In this document: piece after piece, positions 1 through 10,100 of the stretch
Layout: each line of letters starts with the position of its first letter
How positions within the stretch are numbered: position 1 is the first letter of the stretch
DNA from: Patescibacteria group bacterium
GTDB taxonomy: Bacteria > Patescibacteriota > Microgenomatia > Levybacterales > UBA12049
Assembly (NCBI GenBank): GCA_023485865.1
Contig: JAMCZC010000035.1
Span: forward strand, 1-44,131
Length of the DNA: 44,131 bases
Direction: 5' to 3'
Translations under genes and position numbers: made by a program
Notes under the pieces: model-generated
What the model was told of the DNA's origin: nothing
Seen by the model: only the letters and a program-made list of their open reading frames with translations
The model's database searches: none

Positions 1-3000
1 GAGTTAATATTAAGCGTTGTTCCTGCATTTACCGCTAAATTGTTATTAATAGTATTTGTTCCTCCGTTTGAAAAAGTCGCGGTTCCTGCAATTCCTACTG
101 TTAGGTTATAAAATGTAATTGCTCCGGTTGTTCCTCCTCCAATGGTAGATCCGTTTACAGTTACTGTTGGTGTACCTGCAGAAGTTCCTATTACACCACT
201 TGTTGTATTTGTTATATTACCAGTAATGGTAACAGTTGAATTAATATTTAAAGTTGTTCCTGAACCAACACTCACATTATTATTAACAGTATTAGTTCCA
301 GCACCTGAAAAAGTTACACTTGCGGTACCTGAAGTTGTTAGGTTATAGAATGTAATTGCTCCGCTTCCTCCGCCAATGGTTTTTGTTGTACCGGTCATTG
401 TGACCGTTGGAGTTCCGGCGCTTGTTCCTATAATTCCGGTTGTGGTATTATTGAAATTACCGGCAACTGAAACAGAAGAATTGATGTTTAAAGTTGTGCC
501 TGTTTCGACAGAAACATTATTATTTACAGCATTTGTTCCTCCTCCTGAAAAAGTAGTTGTCCCAGTGCCAGATGTTGTTAAGTTATAAAATGTAATCGCG
601 CCGCTTCCTCCCCCAAGGCTTCCGGTTGAAGACATTGTTACAGTACCAGCCGAACAGCCGGAGCAGGTGATAGAACCTGTCGTCGTTGTTGTAAAATCGC
701 CGCCGTTTACATTCAAATTTTGACTTCCCAAAGCCAAAGTTGCACCCGCAGAAACAGAAATATCGGTTGATGAAGTTGTTGCAGAGGTAAGAGTCTGTGT
801 GCCGTTCACAATCAAATTATAAATAGTTACAGTTCCGCCGCCTCCGATATTTCCCGTACCATTTATCGTTACGGTTCCTATCCCGGCAGTAGTGTTGACA
901 ACGCCTGTGCCTGCGGTTAACAAACTTCCGCCGTTTATCGTTAGGGCAGTATTTTGGTTAAGCGTTGCCGAAGTTGACGCTGAAACATTTCCTGTAACAG
1001 TTATAACATTTGTGGTTGAAAGAGTAAGCGTTCCGGCAGTTGCGTCAAGGGTATTATTGATAGTATTGGTGCCGCTGCCTGAAAAAGTGGTTATCCCTAC
1101 TCCTGCTTTTTGCAGTCTGTAAAAAGTAATATTTCCCGAACCTCCTCCTATTGAAGTACCAGAAACCGTAACCACAGGAGAGTTAGCGGTTTGATTTATT
1201 ATTCCGGTTGTGGTATTTGTCAAAGAACCGGTAATAGAAATAGTTGAATTTAGATTCAAAGTTGTACCAGTTCCAACGCTTACATTATTGTTCACCGTAT
1301 TTGTTCCCGATGCAGAGTAGGTGGTTGTGCCTGTCCCGGAAGTTGTTAAGTTATAAAAAGTCGCATTTCCTCCGCCCGATATGCTTCCTGTTGCCCCCAT
1401 TGTTATGGTCGGCGTACCGGAAGTGGTGTTCAAAGTACCTGTAACCGTAATGCTTCCGCCGTTTACAGTAAGTCCACCTGTTCCGTTAACGCTTAATGTA
1501 GTAGTACTATCTATTGTTACATTGTTTGCTATAGTACTTGTTCCTGTGTCAAGCGTTGCCGTTGCGCCCGAAGCAACGTGCAGATTGCCTGTTCCTTGCG
1601 TTGTTAATGTTGCCCCCGCGGTGTAGCTTCCAGATCCGGCATGAAACTCAACCCCCGAATTAACAGTAATATTATTGGTTGAACAGGTAAAGAGCATGCT
1701 GGTTGTAAAAGTACAAATATTGGCATTTGTAATTGCTGACGTATCGTCGCTTCTTGCAACAACGACGTCTTGGTAAAGGTCAGCCCCTGTTGCATCGGAA
1801 GTGCCGGCTCTGATAATAGTATTTGCTTTAGGAGTTGAACTGCCATTTAAAAGTATTGTTATTACGTTTCCTGCTGCTACAGTGCCGGGTGTTGCGGAAT
1901 ATGTGCTGTCAACAGAAGAGCAAGAGACAGTTGTTGCTGTTCCGCCGTTTATCCTAATATCAATTACTCCTGTTGTGCTGTCGCAGGGAGGATTGCCAAT
2001 AGCAGTTGACTCATTAGATTGTCTTACGGTTCCGGAAAGAGAGAATACTTTTTGGGCAAAAATAGCATCGGTATAGGGTGGAACATTTGCGCTGCCGGTG
2101 TTAAAAGTTACAGTTTCCGTATGAGTATGTGTGTCCGCCGCAACAGTAAGAGCTCCGGCTCCGTTTGTAGTAGTTGCGCTTGGCGCTCCGGAAGCGCCGC
2201 TTGTTTCAGTTGCATGGCTGTGTGTTGCGGCTCCGCCTGTTGTGCCGTAAGTCGCAGCGGGTTTTGGGAAAACTTGGTAAAACGGGTCACCGCCGGTATT
2301 TGATTTTAAAGCCCAGCCTGTTCCGGGTGCGCCGTCAAACATGCCAATCATTGCGTTTGGTATACTTGTTACCGCATTTGCTTTTCCCAAAATCGTTGTT
2401 ATATTGGGTGGTTCTGTATTTATTGAAGCTGTTGATGTTTGGGCAGGAGCAGTGTGTGTATGCGCGCTTGCCGCTGACGCTCCGCCGTTTGCAACAAGCA
2501 CGTCTTGCGCAGTTGAAGCTGCTGCAAGGGACTGCCATGCAATAGTATGGGTTTGGGTATTTGAACCTCCGGCTGTGCCTGTCCAGTCGCCTCTGACATA
2601 GTTTGCGTCCTGCGTTGTATACCTTGTCCAGCCGGTTGGGACTGTTGCGTCAAAAAATGCAATTGCATTTGCAGGAATTGCGCTTGCTCCTGTTGGAATT
2701 CCGCTGTTGTATCTAATTACCATTAAGCTTTTATATGCAGGAATAATGCTTCCTTGACCTATTGTCGGATTACTGGCAGTATGGGTATGGGTGTCTCCGC
2801 TTGCGGCGCTTGCGCCGGCTTTTGCAGTTGTATCTGCTGCGGATTCCGCGCTAACAGTTAGGGTTGCAACTGTCGGAGTTTCAGTTGAAGCTCCGCCTGT
2901 CCCGCCGTAAGTTGCGTTTCCCCTAATAAAGCTTTGAAAAAAAGGATCACCTGTTGAGCAGGAAATACAAATCCAGCCCGAGGGAGTTGCTCCGTTTGCC

Positions 3001-4178
3001 GGATCCCACAAGAGTATAAGGTTAGTCGGGTCTGCCGCTATCTGCCAGAAACGGGCTTCGCTCCAAATTGTTAAATTGTTAAATTGTTGAATTGTTAGAG
3101 GGCCGAGGAGATAAAATTCCGGGCTTTTTTCAGGAGCTTTGAATTGATAAGAAAGTTCTTTGGTTTCTCCTTTTTGCATTCTTTCATTCCAAATAATTTG
3201 ATGAGTATATGTTTTTCTATCGAAAGTTACTTTTGCGTTGTTGTCGGCTTTTACTCCGAAAGCATAGGGAAGATTTTCTATAATTTGGCCTTCGAAATCT
3301 TTGTTAGCTTTAATTATTAATTTAACCGTATATGGTGAAACAGGATTAATTCTTGTTGCTGTTTGTCTTTCAACTTCAAAGTCTTGATTTTTTCTAACCT
3401 CAAAATAGTCTTTTATTTCGTAGGTGCCATTGGCAGAAGTTGCTTTTAAGTCCATTTGGTATTGCCCAACTCCGCTTGTCTTAAACTCCGAGAAATAATC
3501 GGGTTCATAAGTAACATTTTCGCCTAAACAAGTTTTAGAGCGCTTTATCCTTCCATTTTCAGAAGAAAGTACATCATCAATTCCTAATTCTTTATTCATA
3601 ATTCTTAATTCTAAACTTGCTTGACAGTCGTTAAAGCCTTTTTCATTCAAAACGCTAAAGGCAAGCTTTGCTTTTTCATTCGTATTATAAATGCTTTTAT
3701 TTGTATTAACAGCTAAAACCCCCCAGTTAAAATCCTGCGTTAGTATCCTTGAATTGCCAAAATCCGAAAGAATTACAGCCAAGGTATATTTCCCGGCTCT
3801 AAAGAATTTATCGTTTTGGGCGGTAATTAGGTAAGTATCGCTGTCTTTTTTTACTAAATTGACCTTTGCCTCGGCTATTTGGGTTTTGTCGAAAAGAACA
3901 GTTGCCCCGACCTTTTTGTCGCCTGCCGCCAGCACTTTCCTTATTAAAGAAAGTCTATTGTCTTTTCTATCATTTAATTTCAGCGTAAAACTAACAGTCG
4001 CGTATGCGGGGTAGTCTTTTGCCGCAGAAATAATTTTTGCATTGGGGAAGGGAATTTCGCGAAGCGAAATTCCCTTTAATCCAATAATTATTACTGCTAT
4101 TACAATTCCTACTACAATTAGAATTCTTCTTGATTTTATAGCTTTTGTATTTGGTATCTTGTATTTCGTATTTCCCAT
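1..4178 (-). CDS. Giant secreted/surface protein, 3'-truncated by the window edge (>1390 aa; absent from the ORF track)
   Basis: Hand translation from ATG 4178 (MGNTKYKIPNTKAIKSRRILIVVGIVIAVIIIGL...) is open to position 1. N-terminal hydrophobic anchor, then a QDFNWGVLAVNTNKSIY...RFWQIAAD domain, three P-x-GW...H-x-H...P-x-Y repeats, then T/G/N/S-rich GGGSGAITFYNL repeats. Starts 1 nt after the upstream giant gene's stop. Confidence 0.88.
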   Translation of the reverse strand, partial: MGNTKYKIPNTKAIKSRRILIVVGIVIAVIIIGLKGISLREIPFPNAKIISAAKDYPAYATVSFTLKLNDRKDNRLSLIRKVLAAGDKKVGATVLFDKTQIAEAKVNLVKKDSDTYLITAQNDKFFRAGKYTLAVILSDFGNSRILTQDFNWGVLAVNTNKSIYNTNEKAKLAFSVLNEKGFNDCQASLELRIMNKELGIDDVLSSENGRIKRSKTCLGENVTYEPDYFSEFKTSGVGQYQMDLKATSANGTYEIKDYFEVRKNQDFEVERQTATRINPVSPYTVKLIIKANKDFEGQIIENLPYAFGVKADNNAKVTFDRKTYTHQIIWNERMQKGETKELSYQFKAPEKSPEFYLLGPLTIQQFNNLTIWSEARFWQIAADPTNLILLWDPANGATPSGWICISCSTGDPFFQSFIRGNATYGGTGGASTETPTVATLTVSAESAADTTAKAGASAASGDTHTHTASNPTIGQGSIIPAYKSLMVIRYNSGIPTGASAIPANAIAFFDATVPTGWTRYTTQDANYVRGDWTGTAGGSNTQTHTIAWQSLAAASTAQDVLVANGGASAASAHTHTAPAQTSTASINTEPPNITTILGKANAVTSIPNAMIGMFDGAPGTGWALKSNTGGDPFYQVFPKPAATYGTTGGAATHSHATETSGASGAPSATTTNGAGALTVAADTHTHTETVTFNTGSANVPPYTDAIFAQKVFSLSGTVRQSNESTAIGNPPCDSTTGVIDIRINGGTATTVSCSSVDSTYSATPGTVAAGNVITILLNGSSTPKANTIIRAGTSDATGADLYQDVVVARSDDTSAITNANICTFTTSMLFTCSTNNITVNSGVEFHAGSGSYTAGATLTTQGTGNLHVASGATATLDTGTSTIANNVTIDSTTTLSVNGTGGLTVNGGSITVTGTLNTTSGTPTITMGATGSISGGGNATFYNLTTSGTGTTTYSASGTNTVNNNVSVGTGTTLNLNSTISITGSLTNTTTGIINQTANSPVVTVSGTSIGGGSGNITFYRLQKAGVGITTFSGSGTNTINNTLDATAGTLTLSTTNVITVTGNVSASTSATLNQNTALTINGGSLLTAGTGVVNTTAGIGTVTINGTGNIGGGGTVTIYNLIVNGTQTLTSATTSSTDISVSAGATLALGSQNLNVNGGDFTTTTTGSITCSGCSAGTVTMSSTGSLGGGSGAITFYNLTTSGTGTTTFSGGGTNAVNNNVSVETGTTLNINSSVSVAGNFNNTTTGIIGTSAGTPTVTMTGTTKTIGGGSGAITFYNLTTSGTASVTFSGAGTNTVNNNVSVGSGTTLNINSTVTITGNITNTTSGVIGTSAGTPTVTVNGSTIGGGTTGAITFYNLTVGIAGTATFSNGGTNTINNNLAVNAGTTLNIN
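100..1380 (-). repeat. Degenerate coding repeats, ~79-80 aa where regular (GGG-x-GAITFYNLTTSG...NTVNNNVSV), probably beta-helical
   Basis: ITFYNL-like motifs near 105-120, 342-357 and 582-597 (237-240 nt apart), with more diverged copies near 815-830, 1115-1130 and 1345-1365. Confidence 0.75.
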
Positions 4179-4179
4179 A

Positions 4180-7100
4180 TTAATTTATTATTAAGAAATT
4201 AAATTTAACGTCTGTTGGCACCGGCGCGTTTATTCCAACCGTGAAAGATCCTGTTGTCCCGTTCAACGGGTCGTTAGGCACTTGCCGCAAAAGATAGAGG
4301 TTTTGTCCCAAAGTTTGTCCTACGGGAGTAATATATATTAATGATTTTGAAGTTACTAAGTTATTATCTACAGTAATTTCAGTCCTGTACGCTTTTAGGG
4401 TAACCACCCCCGCGCTTCCGGTGGCAACAACTTCGGTATTAGACAGGGCAAAAGCAGGGGACACCAGGTTCAAATTCAATTTTCCAAACGTTGCAGTTCC
4501 CGAGGCTGTCAAGTCTCCTGATTGATTAATTGTTAAAATTGCTGAATTGCTGGAATTGTTAACTCTGAACTGCGAATTTGAGGCTGACGAACCTGGTTCG
4601 TTAGAGCCTAAGTTGAGGGCTAGGTCGCTGCCTGGGATAGGAGAGATGATATTTGTAGAGAGTACTCCGCCAACCTTAACATCTTTGGCAAACTCGGCAT
4701 TGCCGCCAACCTTTAGATTGCCGTTGGTGTCGATATAGAATAGTCCGGCCATTATAGACAGCCCGCCTTGCCTTAAGGGTTGCAGGTTCAAATCCGACCC
4801 CAAAACGTTAATGGAGTTACTGGCAAGAATTAAGTTTCCGTCAATTGATAACTGTCCGACAACCGAAACGTCGGAGAAGCTGGAAGGGCCAAAAGACATC
4901 AGGCCCTGGGTAAAGGTGGCAGTTTGGGCATTCAAATTATCAACATTTGCCAAAAGTCCGGAGTAGGAGGCGATATCTATATAGCTATTAGCGGCTAGCG
5001 TATAGGGGTTAGTTAAAGCAGAACTAGACGCTAAGTCACTAGACGTTGACGCATAGTAGTTGTTTGTAACGAATATTGAACTTGAAGTAGAGATAGGTAA
5101 GCCCTCTATCTCGGAAGCCAATATCTTCCCAGCCCTTAAAGTACCTGCGATGCTCGCGTCATTGGTCACTTGTAAATTGTCACTAGTCAATTTTCCTGAA
5201 AAAGTGGCATTGCCTTGGTTATCGAAACTGCTAACTGCTGAAGTAGACGCAGAATTACCATTTAATATTGATAATTTATTATTTTCGAACTTAAGGGCAA
5301 TAGCCGAATCGTTTGTAATGGGGGATATCAGGTTAGTGTGAACGGTATCAATTTGAGCTATCGGGGACACAATGTTGTTAGATGTTAGATTTTGGATATT
5401 GGCTGTTAGAGTAGTCAAAGAATTTGTTGTTATTTCTTGAGCGTTTATAACTCCCGCCTGCAGGTTGCCGATTACCGCGCCTGCTAAAACTTCCGCCCTG
5501 TTCACAACGTTTCCCGCAGTATCCGTAACCGTGGCAATTGAACTATACGCTGTACCCTCTACGCTATTCCCTAATCTTACTACATAATTCTTAATACCTA
5601 ATACATCGGTTAATATCGCCGGAGTAGGGTCGTAATAACCTGCTTTTATATAAGCCTGAATAGAGCCTTGACAAAGAGCAGGGGAGACTAAGCCGAAATT
5701 TGCCGAATTTGAGGCTGACGAACCTGGTTCGTTAGAATTGGAGCACGTAAATGCTTCAAGTGCCGTTCCTACGATAAATCCGGGTTGAGTGGCTTTCATG
5801 GCAACTCCGGGAATGTTTGAGCTGGTAAGTTTATCTCCGGTATGAATATCTCCGTTTATGTTGCTTACAACTACTGGCGTTTGTCCTAAAAGTGAAACGT
5901 TTTTGTAATTCGGGTCGTTTTCCCTTGTCCCGTCTTGATTATTGTTATTTTGGGTTCCTTCTCCCGGCCTTGCAATTACTCCCACAATCCCGTTGTCATA
6001 AGCTTTTGTTGTCTTGATTACAGCCCTTGAAGTAGAACTATCAACGCTTACAACTTGTCCAGTTGTTAAAGTTGGGTCGGAGTTTTTAAAGAATTCGGAA
6101 AAGTCTCCTGTACCCGCAGAGGAAAAATAGAAATTTGTCCCTCCGGACTGTATGAAAAGTCTTCCTTGAGTAGCGCCACTTCCGACATTTCCCAAAGCAA
6201 GGTCGCCGTTGTTAGGCCTTGTCGGTGTTGTCGTGCCGTAATCGTAGAGCTGGAGCATCGAGCCGTTTCCGTAAAGCTGGAGAGTGTTATATATAGTTGC
6301 GTTGCCGGAATATAAGGTTCCGTTTATGCTTCCGGATGACCCAATTGCGCTTCCGGTCGTATCCGCCACAGGATTTGAAGTCCCGTTAATGCTGTTTGCA
6401 GTGATATGTATTCTTCCGGTTCCTCCATCGCCTCCTCCGCCTCCGGCATAATTTGTTCCTGAACCCGCACCTCCTCCGCCTCCGTTTGCATTAACCGTCC
6501 CTAAAATTGCCGTTCCCGTATTTAGATATATACTTCCTCCCGCTCCTCCTCCGCTTCCGGTTCCTCCACTTACACCTGTTGCCCCCGCGCTTCCGTTTGA
6601 GGTAATTTTTCCGGCGCTTGAGTAAAGTGATGATGCGCCTATATATATTATTCCTCCTCCTGAAACTCCAGAGCTTCCTGATATAGGGACTGTACCATTA
6701 TAGCCGCTGCCTCCACTTCCGGAACCCAAGTTAAGGATTGACAAATCAGCCCTTCCGTATAATCCTCCACCTCCACCTCCACCTGCGGTAGTACCAGCTG
6801 CTCCGGTTCCTCCTCCGGTTGCCCCGCTTCCTGCCAGTCCACCCGCACCCCCGCCTGTTCCTATCGCCCCAGCATTGCAGGCTGCTCCACCCGCACCCCC
6901 GTTGCTGTTAATTGTTCCCGCACCTCCCCCTCCTCCTCCCGCACAGACATTAGTTCCACCTCCCGCTCCTCCTGCGGCAGGGCTTGAAGAGGCATAGCCT
7001 GAACCCCCACCTCCACCTCCACCTCCTCCGAATCCTCCGCCGCCGCTGCCTCCCGCTCCAGTTCCTCCGCTTATTCCTCCCGCTCCACCTCCTCGGTTTA

Positions 7101-10100
7101 ATCCTGCCGCGCCGGTTGTTCCGGCCGACCCTGCACCGTCAAAGCTTTCTCCGCCTGTTCCATTGACTATATTGCTTGTTCCGCCTGCTCCTCCTGTATA
7201 TCCATTTCCGCTCATTGAAATTGTTCCCCTGTTATCAACACTACCGGCGGCTCTGAAGAACAAAACGCCTCCTTTTGGATTACTCCAGCCAGAAGCGGTT
7301 AAAGTTCCCCCGGGGAGCACAGTTACATTATTGTAGTTAGGTATTCTTTGCAGCATTACCCTTTGGTTGGTTGTTAGCGTCCCTATATTCGTATCGTTTG
7401 CCGCACCGTCTCCATAGTAATTTTTCTTGCTGGTAGTAAAGGTAATAGTGTTGGTTGAGATACTTTGAATCTTTAAGGTTTCATAATTTCCGACGTTAAC
7501 TGTATTGCTTGATGTTCCCTGAAGGTTAATCAATAACACCTCATCTCCCACAGCAAGACATCCCGAAGATGGGGTAGAGGAGAGTACCGCGGTAGTTGAA
7601 GTTAAAGAAGAAACAGAGTAATTAACTGCATCTCCTCCGTCTACGCAAGACCTTGAAGCAATTACGTTGGTTGTGTTGATGTTTACCGTTCCGGAGATTA
7701 AGATATTGCCGTCGGCGCCGGTGCCGCTTGTTAGAGGTGTTAAGATTGTCGTATCCGCCACAGGATTTGAAGTCCCGTTAATGCTGTTTGCAGTGATATG
7801 TATTCTTCCGGTTCCTCCATCGCCTCCTCCGCCTCCGGCATAATTTGTTCCTGAACCCGCACCTCCTCCGCCTCCGTTTGCATTAACCGTCCCTAAAATT
7901 GCCGTTCCCGTATTTAGATATATACTTCCTCCCGCTCCTCCTCCGCTTCCGGTTCCTCCACTTACACCTGTTGCCCCCGCGCTTCCGTTTGAGGTAATTT
8001 TTCCGGCGCTTGAGTAAAGTGATGATGCGCCTATATATATTATTCCTCCTCCTGAAACTCCAGAGCTTCCTGATATAGGGACTGTACCATTATAGCCGCT
8101 GCCTCCACTTCCGGAACCCAAGTTAAGGATTGACAAATCAGCCCTTCCGTATAATCCTCCACCTCCACCTCCACCTGCGGTAGTACCAGCTGCTCCGGTT
8201 CCTCCTCCGGTTGCCCCGCTTCCTGCCAGTCCACCCGCACCCCCGCCTGTTCCTATCGCCCCAGCATTGCAGGCTGCTCCACCCGCACCCCCGTTGCTGT
8301 TAATTGTTCCCGCACCTCCCCCTCCTCCTCCCGCACAGACATTAGTTCCACCTCCCGCTCCTCCTGCGGCAGGGCTTGAAGAGGCATAGCCTGAACCCCC
8401 ACCTCCACCTCCACCTCCTCCGAATCCTCCGCCGCCGCTGCCTCCCGCTCCAGTTCCTCCGCTTATTCCTCCCGCTCCACCTCCTCGGTTTAATCCTGCC
8501 GCGCCGGTTGTTCCGGCCGACCCTGCACCGTCAAAGCTTTCTCCGCCTGTTCCATTGACTATATTGCTTGTTCCGCCTGCTCCTCCTGTATATCCATTTC
8601 CGCTCATTGAAATTGTTCCCCTGTTATCAACACTACCGGCGGCTCTGAAGAACAAAACGCCTCCTTTTGGATTACTCCAGCCAGAAGCGGTTAAAGTTCC
8701 CCCGGGGAGCACAGTTACATTATTGTAGTTAGGTATTCTTTGCAGCATTACCCTTTGGTTGGTTGTTAGCGTCCCTATATTCGTATCGTTTGCCGCACCG
8801 TCTCCATAGTAATTTTTCTTGCTGGTAGTAAAGGTAATAGTGTTGGTTGAGATACTTTGAATCTTTAAGGTTTCATAATTTCCGACGTTAACTGTATTGC
8901 TTGATGTTCCCTGAAGGTTAATCAATAACACCTCATCTCCCACAGCAAGACATCCCGAAGATGGGGTAGAGGAGAGTACCGCGGTAGTTGAAGTTAAAGA
9001 AGAAACAGAGTAATTAACTGCATCTCCTCCGTCTACGCAAGACCTTGAAGCAATTACGTTGGTTGTGTTGATGTTTACCGTTCCGGAGATTAAGATATTG
9101 CCGTCGGCGCCGGTGCCATTATTAATTGTTTGTTGGGAAGTATCGACCCTTGCCCTTTCTACGCTACTCGAATCTGCAAAATAAATGCTTCCGTTATTTC
9201 CGTCTCCGGTTGTTGTTCCCGTTGCTTGGATTGTAGTAAGATTGGCCGAGCTTTCTCCTGCAAAATAGCCTGTTGCGACTATGTTTCCTTTAACATCCAA
9301 TTTATTATTAGGTGTTGCGGTTCCTATTCCTACACTTCCGAAAAATGCTCCGGCTGTTGCTGTTGCGGCGGGGTCGAGGAAGTAGGCCGGGTTATCCAAG
9401 TCGTAAAACGAGCGGGCATAAGCAGAGCCAGCGTTTGTTAAATAAAACTGCGTCGTCCCCGAAGCTGAAGCCGCAATCAAGTTTCCGCTGTTTAAATTAT
9501 TGACTATCAAAGCCGCATTGTTAGCATAACCTGTATTAATATGTAGTGGAGCTGTTGGAGCGCCTGTCCCAATGCCGACGTTGCCCGATGTATCAACATA
9601 AAATTTAGGAGCTCCTTGTGAACCAAGTGCGGCATTTCCAGTCGTAATACCAAAACCAGAATAACCACCTACCAAAAGGACATTTCCGCCGCCTGATGCC
9701 CCAGCAGAAGTTCCTCTGAAAATACCGACATTCGCAGTGGTACTTAAATCATCACCAAGAGCAATTATGCCTACTGCTTGTGATGCATCTCCTCCCACTT
9801 TAAGCGTTCCATATACTTGAAGCTTGTTCAGTGGGCTCGTCGTCCCAATGCCCACCTGCCCCCCCCAGCCGTTGTTGGGCATAACAATAAATTGTCCAGA
9901 GAGGGAAGCAACTGCCTGGTTTTTAGCTATATTTGAAACGGAAAATTGGGCTGTTGACGTTGCCGTTCCGCCTAAAAGAAAATCGTCAGTTATATTGGTA
10001 GGGGAGAGTGCTCCTAAGCTTCTCTGCCACCAGCCTTGAACCCCAGATGTCTGGGTTGATGCTATATTCCCGGAACATGTTAGGTTACCAGTTGAGTTTG

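Noticed and set aside
6400-8600. Collagen-like repeat
   Set aside because: Gly runs are irregular (GGGGG, GAGG), not sustained G-X-Y triplets.
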